This document shows positions 10,430 through 19,987 of a stretch of DNA of 64,000 nt, piece after piece. Where the stretch lies: contig JBBRTU010000005.1 of NCBI GenBank assembly GCA_038244115.1, forward strand, positions 866-64,865, read 5' to 3'. A program made the position numbers and the translations under genes. The notes under the pieces are model-generated. The model saw only the letters and a list, made by a program, of their open reading frames with translations, was not told the DNA's origin and did not search any database. The stretch's first letter is position 1, and each line of letters begins with the position of its first letter. This DNA comes from Burkholderiales bacterium (lineage in GTDB: Bacteria > Pseudomonadota > Gammaproteobacteria > Burkholderiales > JBBRTU01).

Positions 10430-10798
10430 ATGCCTACTCCGATTCTTGTAGTTGACGACTCCGCGATGGCGCGCAAAATGCTAATCCGGGCGCTGCCTCC
10501 AACCTGGGACGTTGAAATTACTCAGGCTGGCAATGGTGTTGAAGCGATTGAAGCTTATCGCGCTGGCAAAGCGGATGTCATGTTCCTGGATCTCACCATG
10601 CCCGTAATGGATGGTTATCAGGTACTGGAATGTTTGCAAAATGAAGACCTGAATAGCTTTGTCATCGTCGTCTCGGCGGATATCCAGCCTGTTGCCCAGG
10701 AACGGGTGCTCAAACTTGGGGCGATCGCCTTCGTCAAAAAACCAGTTACCGCTGAAGTCATGGAAACCGTACTCAAGCAATACGGAGTGGCGCTGTGA
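10430..10798 (+). CDS. Single-domain response regulator (CheY-like receiver)
   Basis: ILVVDDSAMARKM ... VMFLDLTMPVMDG ... VSADIQ ... FVKKP. Acidic pocket and phospho-acceptor Asp are present. Confidence 0.85.
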   Translation: MPTPILVVDDSAMARKMLIRALPPTWDVEITQAGNGVEAIEAYRAGKADVMFLDLTMPVMDGYQVLECLQNEDLNSFVIVVSADIQPVAQERVLKLGAIAFVKKPVTAEVMETVLKQYGVAL

Positions 10799-11433
10799 GT
10801 GTTGTCGTCCCGCTGAGTGAAGACCAGCGCGATGCGTTACAGGAAATCACCAATATCGCCATGGGCCAGGCGGCATCATCGTTAGCCAATCTTCTCGATA
10901 CTTTCGTCAATCTTTCCGTGCCGCGTATTAATGTTGTCGGTGTGGAAAAACTGCCCAGCGCTATCAGCCAACTTGTCGGACGCGAAACGGATGTTACTGC
11001 CGTGCGGCAATCTTTTCAGGGCTACCTGCGCGGCGAGGCCATTGTCATTTACGGCAATGATGGTTGCAAGGAACTGGGTGACCTGATGGGCTACGATGAA
11101 GAGCTGGATCGTTCGGCTGAGCTCGAACTCCTGCTCGACGTTAGCAACGTCCTGGTAGGAGCCTGCCTTGGCGGCATGATAGAACAGCTAAAGGGTGTGG
11201 GTGAAAACAATTCCGGCGAACTGAGTTTCTCCGCTCCTTCCATGATGGCTGAAAACGTGCCGGCAGACGCCGTCATCAACGCCAGCAAATTAACTTGGAC
11301 CCACGCCCTGTTGATGGAAGTGAACTTCTCTTTGGAAAGCCACGATTTTATCTCCCATCTCATCATGCTGATGCCAGAACAAGCCATCGACAAGATGCGC
11401 GGCATCCTCGACGAATTCATCGCATCGTTTTAA
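10795..11433 (+). CDS. CheC/CheX-family CheY-P phosphatase-like protein
   Basis: DALQEITN, then exactly 22 residues, then P. This fits the CheC active-site consensus (D/S)xxxExxN-x22-P. The second site is degenerate. Overlaps the receiver gene by 4 nt. Confidence 0.7.
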   Translation: MSVVVPLSEDQRDALQEITNIAMGQAASSLANLLDTFVNLSVPRINVVGVEKLPSAISQLVGRETDVTAVRQSFQGYLRGEAIVIYGNDGCKELGDLMGYDEELDRSAELELLLDVSNVLVGACLGGMIEQLKGVGENNSGELSFSAPSMMAENVPADAVINASKLTWTHALLMEVNFSLESHDFISHLIMLMPEQAIDKMRGILDEFIASF

Positions 11434-11447
11434 GTTCATCTTCTGCT

Positions 11448-12410
11448 TTGACCGAATCCGCACAAAACGTCAATTTGCCAGACTTCATTGTGAAGTGGGT
11501 CGACGTCGGGGTTTTCGTAATCGATTGTGAAATGAAAATTACGCTATGGAATAATTTCATGGCGAACCACAGCGGCCATACCGCAGATAAGGTAATCGGT
11601 CGCGACCTGTTTGAATGCTTTCCAGAGCTGCCAAAAACCTGGCTTTCCAAAAAAATCAAGAGCGTTTTTATTCTCAAGAACTTTGCTTTTACTTCTTGGG
11701 AACAAAGACCCTACCTGTTCCGCTTCCCTCATAATCGGCCCATCACCGGGGGAGTGGATCACATGTACCAAAACTGCACCTTCCTGCCGGTAAAAAATGA
11801 GCATGGGGAAGTCGATTCCATATGCGTCACCCTGTTTGATGCCACCGACATCGGCATGGCGCAAACGCTATTGAAAGAAGCGCTCGATTCGTTGAGCGAG
11901 AGCAACAATCGGGATGGCCTCACCGGCATTTTCAACCGGCGTTACCTGGAGCAGCGCCTGTCGACAGAATTCGATCGCGTCAAACGGTACGGCGGCGAGT
12001 TTTCATTCGTTCTGTTTGACCTCGACCATTTCAAGCATGTCAACGATACCTATGGGCACTTAGGAGGAGATGAGGTTTTATGCGAAGTCACCAAGCAGGC
12101 CAGCAGCCTGTTACGTACCAGTGATATCTTGGGCCGCTACGGTGGCGAAGAGTTTGGCATTATCCTCCCTTCGACCGGCATGGAGGGTGCGTATATATTT
12201 GCTGAACGGGTACGGGAGATCATCGCCAAGTCTCCCATTCTCTTCAAAGATGCATCCATTCCTGTCACCATCAGCATTGGCATCGCTACATTCGAACCGG
12301 ACACACCAAACTACGAACACCTCATCAATTGCTCAGACATTGCTCTCTATGCTTCCAAAGAAGGGGGCCGCAACCGGGTCACCCGCTACGCGCCTGATAC
12401 AGCAACCTAA
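11448..12410 (+). CDS. PAS-GGDEF diguanylate cyclase
   Basis: PAS-like N-terminus (GVFVIDCEMKITLWNNFMANHSG). Canonical GGEEF with an RTSD I-site five residues upstream. Start is uncertain: TTG at 11448 or GTG at 11490. The ORF-track ATG at 11295 overlaps the CheC-like gene. Confidence 0.8.
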   Translation: MTESAQNVNLPDFIVKWVDVGVFVIDCEMKITLWNNFMANHSGHTADKVIGRDLFECFPELPKTWLSKKIKSVFILKNFAFTSWEQRPYLFRFPHNRPITGGVDHMYQNCTFLPVKNEHGEVDSICVTLFDATDIGMAQTLLKEALDSLSESNNRDGLTGIFNRRYLEQRLSTEFDRVKRYGGEFSFVLFDLDHFKHVNDTYGHLGGDEVLCEVTKQASSLLRTSDILGRYGGEEFGIILPSTGMEGAYIFAERVREIIAKSPILFKDASIPVTISIGIATFEPDTPNYEHLINCSDIALYASKEGGRNRVTRYAPDTAT

Positions 12411-12512
12411 AAAAACAGATAATTAGTTGATTGGCGCGTGTTTTCCAATATGGACAACGTTACAATTGTCAGGTAGTTTGACTTATCCCCCTGGATAAAA
12501 TTCAACAAAAGT

Positions 12513-13736
12513 ATGCGAAAAAAAGTAAAGGTAGTCGACTTGCAGCTAGGTATGTTCGTTGACGAACTCTGCGGGAGCTGGATGGATCATCCCTTTTGGA
12601 AGACCGCATTCAAGCTGGCCAATCAAAAAGATCTGCAAACGCTTCGCGAATCCAATGTCATGGAAGTCTGGATCGACACCAGTAAAGGCCTGGATATCCA
12701 AACGAAGGCCAAAGTCGTTACCGAAAATGAAGAAAAACTAAAAACCGATGCGCTGCTACAGCAGGCTGCAAACAAGGAATCGGTAGCGGAAGCACGCATA
12801 TCTCTGAATCAAGAAATAAATCGCGCCCGGCAAATCCATGCCAAGGCCCGAACAGCCGTCATGTCGATGTTCCAGGAAGCCCGCATGGGCCATGCCATTG
12901 AGGTAGCCGAGGTTACCACGCTGGTAGACGACATCAATCAATCAGTCGCACGCAACCCTGGGGCTCTGATCAGTCTGGCGCGGTTAAAAACCAAGGATGA
13001 CTACACCTATCTGCACTCAGTCGCCGTCTGCGCCCTGATGATAGGCCTGGGCAGAACCCTTGGGCTAACAGGGGACGCGCTGAAGTCAGCAGGGATGGCT
13101 GGATTGCTGCATGATGTGGGAAAAATGATGATTCCGAACGCGGTACTGAACAAACCTGGGAAGCTGACGGACGACGAGTTCACCACGATCAAATCACATC
13201 CATTAAGAGGTTGGGAAATACTCAAGGAATCCTATGGGGTGGACGCCATAGCCCTCGATGTCTGCCTGCACCACCACGAGCGTGTTGATGGCAAGGGTTA
13301 CCCCAACAATATCTCCGGCGATGACCTCACGCTGTTTGCCCGCATGGGGGCGGTTTGTGATGTGTACGATGCGATCACCTCGGACCGTTGCTATAAAAAT
13401 GCTTGGGCGCCTGGAGAAGCCATCCGCAAGATGGCGGAATGGAAGGATGGCCATTTTGACGAAATTATTTTCCAGTCTTTCGTCAAAACCGTCGGCATAT
13501 ATCCCATTGGTTCGTTGGTCAAGTTGCGTTCTGGCCGTCTCGGCGTAGTCACCGACCAGTCGGAAAGAAGCTTGCTACTGCCCAAAGTTAAAGTTTTTTT
13601 CTCCACCAAATCCCAAATCCACATTCCGCCTGAGATCATTGACCTGGCGCTCGCGCAGGACAGCATCGTGGAGACAGAAGACCCCGCAAAATGGGGATTC
13701 GATATGAAAAAAATAACCGGGCTATGGCAATCATAA
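12513..13736 (+). CDS. HD-GYP domain c-di-GMP phosphodiesterase (DUF3391-type N-terminus)
   Basis: HDVGKMMIP ... HHHERVDGKGYPN. N-terminal VDLQLGMFVDEL is typical of DUF3391. Confidence 0.9.
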   Translation: MRKKVKVVDLQLGMFVDELCGSWMDHPFWKTAFKLANQKDLQTLRESNVMEVWIDTSKGLDIQTKAKVVTENEEKLKTDALLQQAANKESVAEARISLNQEINRARQIHAKARTAVMSMFQEARMGHAIEVAEVTTLVDDINQSVARNPGALISLARLKTKDDYTYLHSVAVCALMIGLGRTLGLTGDALKSAGMAGLLHDVGKMMIPNAVLNKPGKLTDDEFTTIKSHPLRGWEILKESYGVDAIALDVCLHHHERVDGKGYPNNISGDDLTLFARMGAVCDVYDAITSDRCYKNAWAPGEAIRKMAEWKDGHFDEIIFQSFVKTVGIYPIGSLVKLRSGRLGVVTDQSERSLLLPKVKVFFSTKSQIHIPPEIIDLALAQDSIVETEDPAKWGFDMKKITGLWQS

Positions 13737-13813
13737 CAGCCTCAATATGCACTTGCGCTATACTTTCATGCAAGCTCTTCAAGCTGGAAATTTGGTCTTG
13801 CTAACGGGAAACA

Positions 13814-15472
13814 ATGTTCGATTTTAAGGGATTGATCAAAGCGATCATGCGCAAGGAAAGCGATGATCCAGTTGGCAGCTTGAAATCCGCCACCATCTGG
13901 GTTCAAGAGCTTCCCCATAGCGATATTCATCATGCCTTGCAGGAAATACTCAAGGCCCTGGACAAACTCAACAAGAACCAGGTCATCTCCCTCAAAGAAC
14001 GCTCGCGTGTGCTTTTTTACCTGGACGAAAAAGCACGTCCACTACAGGAAAATTTATGCCGCGATTACCTGGCTGGTATCGACGCACCGACGCCTGCCCC
14101 GCACCAGAAAATTAGTACAATTCTCCTCTTCTGGGACTTGATGTCGGTCGCATATTATAATTTTCTCCGCGCTTACGCCGAGTACCCGCAAGGAAAAATT
14201 CAGCCACAATTGCCGTTATTGACCGCCAAGGCACTGCATTATCACGCCATGCAGGCAAAGTGGCGTTACCTGCGTTATCTTCCGGTCGAAGCCCAGACAT
14301 GGCGTCATCTTAGCCGTCTTTATTCTTTTGCCGAGAGTGCGGGGTTTCTGCACACTCCCGTCAACCTTTATCCCAACCAGCCGCAAACCACCTGCGCTCA
14401 GGAATATCTACAGCCCATGATGCTGCACCTGGCAAACCCGGCCAGCCTCTTGCCCGCCCAGATTGAGATGGTGGATTTATGGCTCGATTCGTGGTCATCA
14501 AGCCTGGAAATTGAAAAGGAGTTCCGCCCGCATCGCCAACTTTATGCAATTAATCTATCCGACATGAATCCGGCCAGAAAATTGCGCCGCAATATGGTGG
14601 GCGAGAAATACCGCTATTGGGGCATCGGCCTGCTCTTGGTCGCGATCAATCAGGTTACTGCCAGGCTCAAGGAAGGAGAATTACCGATGCGGCTGAAACT
14701 GGGTGAGGAATGCCGCTTGCCGGCGTGCCTGAACCTGATCGAGGACATTGCCAAACGCTGGTCCGGTGAATCCACCAAACGCAAGCACGTGCGTATAGCG
14801 TCAAATAAGCCACTGTTAGTCGTGGAAGGAGTGAGCAGTATTTTTTCCCAACTGCAAGGCGGGAAAAAACCTCTTCTGGCCGAAACAAAACACAATGTCG
14901 ACCTTCATCAGCACACCACCCCACCCCAGGAAAAATCAGACATCTTGTCTGCATCCGCTGAACCTGAGTTATTCAAACCGACGCTGCAGAAATGGTTGAT
15001 GCGTGATGAATCCGCAGAAGGCCTTAGCGCGAGTTTCGCCAACGAATCCGGCAATCGGCTGGTTATCGGCACATTGCTCGGCATAAAAAAACCCGGTGGC
15101 AAGCATTTCGCCGTTGGCATAGTGCGCCGTATCAGCATGGAAAATTCGCATGATATACACGTCGGGGTACAGATATGGAGCCAGACGCCATTGCCAGTAG
15201 AACTTTCCGAGATACCACGGGACGCTAATACGCTCCCTGTGGCTGCCATCTATTTACCCGAATCGGCCAAACTCGAGATTGGGCGCAGCCTGTTGATGCC
15301 AAGCCACGCCTATGGCCAGGGCAAACAGATGCGGATTGAAGCACAAGGGAAGTCCTATACCATACGCTGGCAAGAAGCCGTAGAATATTCGCAGGAAAAC
15401 ACCCGTGCCAGGTTTAGCGTCGTCACCAAGGATCGTGATGCCCCTGCCGTGGCTAACCGTATCGCACCATGA
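13814..15472 (+). CDS. Hypothetical protein (552 aa), possible degenerate PilZ-like C-terminus
   Basis: Long ORF, co-directional, 4 nt overlap with the next gene. Contains RKHVR (RxxxR) and, about 75 aa later, DESAEG (DxSxxG). That spacing is non-canonical. Confidence 0.6.
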   Translation: MFDFKGLIKAIMRKESDDPVGSLKSATIWVQELPHSDIHHALQEILKALDKLNKNQVISLKERSRVLFYLDEKARPLQENLCRDYLAGIDAPTPAPHQKISTILLFWDLMSVAYYNFLRAYAEYPQGKIQPQLPLLTAKALHYHAMQAKWRYLRYLPVEAQTWRHLSRLYSFAESAGFLHTPVNLYPNQPQTTCAQEYLQPMMLHLANPASLLPAQIEMVDLWLDSWSSSLEIEKEFRPHRQLYAINLSDMNPARKLRRNMVGEKYRYWGIGLLLVAINQVTARLKEGELPMRLKLGEECRLPACLNLIEDIAKRWSGESTKRKHVRIASNKPLLVVEGVSSIFSQLQGGKKPLLAETKHNVDLHQHTTPPQEKSDILSASAEPELFKPTLQKWLMRDESAEGLSASFANESGNRLVIGTLLGIKKPGGKHFAVGIVRRISMENSHDIHVGVQIWSQTPLPVELSEIPRDANTLPVAAIYLPESAKLEIGRSLLMPSHAYGQGKQMRIEAQGKSYTIRWQEAVEYSQENTRARFSVVTKDRDAPAVANRIAP

Positions 15473-16638
15473 CTTTCATTGCCCGTATTAAGGAAAATCA
15501 ATCCCGCCTCGCCACACTGCGGCGGGATATCCATGCGCATCCTGAGACCGCATTTGAAGAGCAGCGTACCAGCGATGTGATCGCGCAATTTCTAACTGCT
15601 GCCGGTGTTGAAGTGCACCGCGGCTTGGCCGGCACAGGCGTGGTGGGGGTGGTGCGCGCAGGCCTGAGCGACCGCGCCATAGGGCTGCGTGCCGACATGG
15701 ATGCGTTGCCCATACATGAACAAAACCAGTTTCCGCATCGCTCAAAATTTGATGGCCGCATGCATGCCTGCGGTCACGATGGCCACACCGCCATGCTGCT
15801 GGGCGCCGCTGAATATCTTGCCGCCACGCGCAATTTCGACGGCACAGTGGTATTTATTTTTCAGCCAGCGGAAGAAGGTGAAGGCGGCGCACGTGTCATG
15901 ATCGAACAAGGACTATTCGAACGTTTTCCAATGCAAAGCGTGTTTGGTATGCACAACTGGCCGGGCCTGCCCGCGGGGCAATTTGCCATCATGCCGGGGC
16001 CGATGATGGCTTCAACCGATCAAATCGAAATCACCGTGCGCGGACACGGCGCCCATGCCGCCATGCCGCACCAGGGTGCCGACCCGGTCATCGCTGGCAG
16101 TGCGCTGGTGCTTGCATTGCAAAGCATCGTCAGCCGCACGCTCGACCCGCTGGATGCAGCAGTGGTCAGCATCACGCGCTTCCATGCCGGAGAAGCCTAC
16201 AACGTCATCCCCGACCACACCGTGCTGGGCGGCACAGCACGTGCCTTTAGACCCGAAGTACAAGACCAGATAGAAACGAGCATCCAGCGCATCTGCAACG
16301 GCATTGCCACTGCCTATGGCGTTCAGGTGAACCTGGAGTACCGCCGCGGCTATCCGGCCACCATCAATTCCGCGGCAGAAACAGCCGTGTGCCGCGCAGT
16401 GGCCGCCGAACTCGTCGGCGCTGAAAACGTGCGCAGCGATCTGCGGCCTTCCATGGGTGCCGAGGATTTCGCCTTCATGCTGCAAGCCAAGCCTGGTTGC
16501 TACGTGTGGCTGGGCAATGGAATGGGCGAAGGCGGCTGCATGTTGCACAACCCATACTACGATTTCAACGATGAAGTGCTGCCCATCGGCGCGAGTTATT
16601 GGGTCAAGCTAGCGGAGCACCTTCTGGCACCGGCATAA
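15469..16638 (+). CDS. M20D family amidohydrolase (hippurate hydrolase / N-acyl-amino-acid amidohydrolase-like)
   Basis: RRDIHAHPE...MHACGHDGH...FQPAEEG. Typical M20D metal ligands. Confidence 0.85.
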   Translation: MTFIARIKENQSRLATLRRDIHAHPETAFEEQRTSDVIAQFLTAAGVEVHRGLAGTGVVGVVRAGLSDRAIGLRADMDALPIHEQNQFPHRSKFDGRMHACGHDGHTAMLLGAAEYLAATRNFDGTVVFIFQPAEEGEGGARVMIEQGLFERFPMQSVFGMHNWPGLPAGQFAIMPGPMMASTDQIEITVRGHGAHAAMPHQGADPVIAGSALVLALQSIVSRTLDPLDAAVVSITRFHAGEAYNVIPDHTVLGGTARAFRPEVQDQIETSIQRICNGIATAYGVQVNLEYRRGYPATINSAAETAVCRAVAAELVGAENVRSDLRPSMGAEDFAFMLQAKPGCYVWLGNGMGEGGCMLHNPYYDFNDEVLPIGASYWVKLAEHLLAPA

Positions 16639-16642
16639 TTAA

Positions 16643-17305
16643 TTAGACATGCTTGATGATACGACAGGTACCGTAATAGACCAACGCGCCGATGTAAGCC
16701 CCCGCAATCACATCGCTCAGGAAATGGTAGTTCGTCGTGATGAGTGCGATGCCGAGTCCTGACAATGCCACCGCGTAGAAAAAGCGAAAGCGTGGATAGA
16801 AATGCCATAAGGCCACAAACAAGGGTGTGAACACAAGCATATGGCCAGACGGAAAACCATTAAAACCTTCACCGCCATTAAACCAGTGGAATCCGTACAA
16901 AGTTGGGTCGGACAACCACTTTCGAGTTTCCATTCTGCCAACCCCCAACTTCAAGACCGTCTTCGCCAAAAATGAGAAGGGAAGCACAGTTCCGGTCAGT
17001 GCGAAAAAATGTGTCCGCTTATCTCGAATGCCTCGCCGCGTCAGATAAAAATACGCCGCCCAACTCAGGCCAGACAACAACACAACAGTCATAAGCAGGA
17101 AGTCAGGCAAGTCGGATTTGAAGGATTTCAACAGTGCATGGCGCCACAGTGTTTCTGCAACCCAGCCAGCCAAGGGCAAATCCACATACAGCATGGCAAA
17201 GACAGTAAAAATAAGCACTGCCGGTGCAATTAAAATAATTTTTCTTGGATTCATTTCTCTCTTTGTACGGTGATTTATTTCCGGCCCAAGTTCTTGTGCA
17301 GACAT
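16643..17305 (-). CDS. PAP2 family membrane phosphatase
   Basis: Multiple TM segments. PSGH and NYHFLSDVIAG match PAP2 motifs C2 and C3. The start may instead be the ATG at 17254. Confidence 0.75.
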   Translation of the reverse strand: MSAQELGPEINHRTKREMNPRKIILIAPAVLIFTVFAMLYVDLPLAGWVAETLWRHALLKSFKSDLPDFLLMTVVLLSGLSWAAYFYLTRRGIRDKRTHFFALTGTVLPFSFLAKTVLKLGVGRMETRKWLSDPTLYGFHWFNGGEGFNGFPSGHMLVFTPLFVALWHFYPRFRFFYAVALSGLGIALITTNYHFLSDVIAGAYIGALVYYGTCRIIKHV

Positions 17306-17557
17306 CTATAGCAGGGCGAAACATAAATTTACATGCCTTGACCAGGTTTGCACAATGCGATGCACACCGAAACCTGGCTCCCGCTAATTCGGATACGGCC
17401 TCAGGAAAGAAAATGGCCACGGATTTCCCCGTGGCCATTAACGTATATCTACTACTTTTAAAAATCCCGTATGCCGCGTATTTACTCACTCATGCGCTGA
17501 TTAGCATATATTTTATGCGGCATCACATCTGGGGACAGGCCTTGCTTTGAACCGTTT

Positions 17558-19606
17558 CTACAGCAGCGGAACGATCAGCAATGCGACGATATTTATAATT
17601 TTGATTAACGGGTTCACCGCCGGGCCGGCGGTGTCCTTGTAGGGATCGCCCACGGTGTCGCCGGTTACTGCGGCTTTGTGAGCCTCTGAACCTTTGCCGC
17701 CGAAATGACCTTCTTCGATATATTTCTTGGCATTATCCCAGGCGCCACCACCGGTGGTCATGGAGATAGCCACAAAAATACCGGTGACGATGGTACCCAC
17801 CAGCACGCCACCCAGTGCTTGCGCGCCAAGCGTCAGACCGACGATTACCGGCACCGCAACAGGCAACAGCGAGGGAACGATCATTTCCTTGATAGCCGCC
17901 TTGGTCAGCATGTCCACACAGGTGCCGTATTCCGGCTTGGCCGTGCCTTCCATGATGCCGGGGATTTCCTTGAACTGGCGGCGCACTTCCACCACTACAG
18001 AACCGGCTGCACGACCGACCGCTTCCATGCCCATGGCAGCGAACAGGTAGGGCACCATACCGCCGATGAACAGGCCGATGATCACCATGTGATTGGACAA
18101 GTCAAAGGTCAATCCAGGGTGATTAACGGAAAGCGCATGGGTGTAATCAGCGAACAATACTAGAGCGGCCAGACCGGCAGAGCCAATGGCGTAGCCTTTG
18201 GTCACTGCCTTGGTGGTGTTGCCCACCGCATCCAGCGGATCGGTGATGTTGCGGATGCTGTCCGGCAAGCCGGCCATTTCGGCGATGCCACCAGCATTGT
18301 CGGTGATTGGGCCGTAAGCGTCGAGCGCTACGATGATCCCGGTCATGGACAGCATGGAAGTAGCTGCAATGGCGATGCCATACAGACCCGCCAGGTAATA
18401 AGCAGCACCGATGGAGGCGCACACCGCCAGCACCGGCAACGCCGTGGATTTCATCGACACGCCCAGGCCGGCAATCACGTTGGTGCCGTGGCCAGTGGTG
18501 GATGCCTGCGCGATATGACGCACCGGACCGTACTCAGTGGCGGTGTAGTACTCGGTGATCACCACCATCGCCGCGGTCAGCGCCAGGCCGATCAGCGTCG
18601 TCAGGTACAGATTCGTGGCGCTGATAAATTTGCCGTCAGCCGTGATGCCATCACCCATCAGCCAGGTGGTGATCGGATAGAAAGCCACCACTGCCAGCAC
18701 GCCGGACACCATCAGACCGCGATACAGTGCGTTCATGATCTTGCCGCCTTCGCGCGCCTTGACGAAGAAGGTACCAATGATGGAAGCGATGATGGAGAAG
18801 CCGCCCAGCACCAGCGGATAAACCACGGCCTTGGCCGCGACTTCTGAACTTGCACCGGTCATCATCATGCCACCCAGCAACATGGTAGCGATAATGGTCA
18901 CGGCATAAGTCTCGAACAGGTCGGCTGCCATACCTGCGCAATCGCCCACGTTGTCGCCCACGTTGTCGGCAATCACGGCAGGATTGCGCGGATCATCTTC
19001 CGGGATACCGGCTTCCACTTTACCCACCAGGTCAGCGCCCACGTCCGCACCCTTGGTAAAAATACCGCCACCAAGACGCGCAAAGATGGAAATTAGCGAA
19101 CCGCCGAAACCCAGACCAATCAACGGTTCCAGCACTTCCTTGCCGGTATTCACGCCGCCGTTTGAGAGGTAAGCGTAGTAACCCGCCACACCCAGCAAGC
19201 CCAGACCAACCACCAGCATGCCGGTGATGGCACCGCCTTTGAAGGCCACGTTCAGCGCTGCGTTGAGTCCGTCTTTGGCGGCTTCAGCAGTGCGCACATT
19301 GGAACGCACAGAGATATTCATGCCGATGTATCCGGCGGCACCAGACAACAATGCGCCGATGGCAAAGCCAATCGCCGTGGCATGATTAAGCGCTACCCAA
19401 ATCACCGCGAACAGGATAACTCCGACGATGCCGATGGTGGTGTATTGGCGGTTGAGGTAGGCAGAAGCGCCTTCCTGAACTGCCGCTGCGATTTCACGCA
19501 TGCGATCATTGCCAGTCGGTTTCGACAAAATCCAACGGGTTGAAATCAGTCCGTACAGGATTGCGATTACGGCACAGCCCAGCGCTATAACAAGACCTTG
19601 AGACAT
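17558..19606 (-). CDS. hppA: Membrane-bound proton-translocating pyrophosphatase
   Basis: 682 aa polytopic protein with [18 protein letters not shown] and [21 protein letters not shown] signatures. Confidence 0.95.
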   Translation of the reverse strand: MSQGLVIALGCAVIAILYGLISTRWILSKPTGNDRMREIAAAVQEGASAYLNRQYTTIGIVGVILFAVIWVALNHATAIGFAIGALLSGAAGYIGMNISVRSNVRTAEAAKDGLNAALNVAFKGGAITGMLVVGLGLLGVAGYYAYLSNGGVNTGKEVLEPLIGLGFGGSLISIFARLGGGIFTKGADVGADLVGKVEAGIPEDDPRNPAVIADNVGDNVGDCAGMAADLFETYAVTIIATMLLGGMMMTGASSEVAAKAVVYPLVLGGFSIIASIIGTFFVKAREGGKIMNALYRGLMVSGVLAVVAFYPITTWLMGDGITADGKFISATNLYLTTLIGLALTAAMVVITEYYTATEYGPVRHIAQASTTGHGTNVIAGLGVSMKSTALPVLAVCASIGAAYYLAGLYGIAIAATSMLSMTGIIVALDAYGPITDNAGGIAEMAGLPDSIRNITDPLDAVGNTTKAVTKGYAIGSAGLAALVLFADYTHALSVNHPGLTFDLSNHMVIIGLFIGGMVPYLFAAMGMEAVGRAAGSVVVEVRRQFKEIPGIMEGTAKPEYGTCVDMLTKAAIKEMIVPSLLPVAVPVIVGLTLGAQALGGVLVGTIVTGIFVAISMTTGGGAWDNAKKYIEEGHFGGKGSEAHKAAVTGDTVGDPYKDTAGPAVNPLIKIINIVALLIVPLL

Positions 19607-19724
19607 GAATATCCTCCTTTAAGATGAAACAAACCAAAAATCTGCTTTAATATCAGCCGCGCTTCCTGCTCTGCGGTCCCTTATTCTTGCTAATACAACT
19701 AGAATGGGTCGGGCGTTTTTCACT

Positions 19725-19931
19725 TTACAGTGCCAGTCCGCCCTCAAACCGGGTGCCGGGTTTGAATCCAAAAATCTCAGTCAGATTGAGTTCGCGGATC
19801 AAGCGATCCACTGCTTCCTGACCATGTTCCTTATTCACTTCGGACAAGATCAGCTTGGCCGAATTGCCGTTATAAAACCCGCCAAAATCAGCTTGTACTC
19901 TTAACAATTCACGCGCCCGGTCCAAAGTCAT
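19725..19931 (-). CDS. Small hypothetical protein (68 aa) between pfp and hppA
   Basis: ORF track. Same strand as both neighbours and fills the gap. No family recognised. Confidence 0.45.
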   Translation of the reverse strand: MTLDRARELLRVQADFGGFYNGNSAKLILSEVNKEHGQEAVDRLIRELNLTEIFGFKPGTRFEGGLAL

Positions 19932-19987
19932 ACTTACTCTTTACCTTTGCAAAGCGGGGACGCAGCGCGCCCCCGCACGCGACTCAA

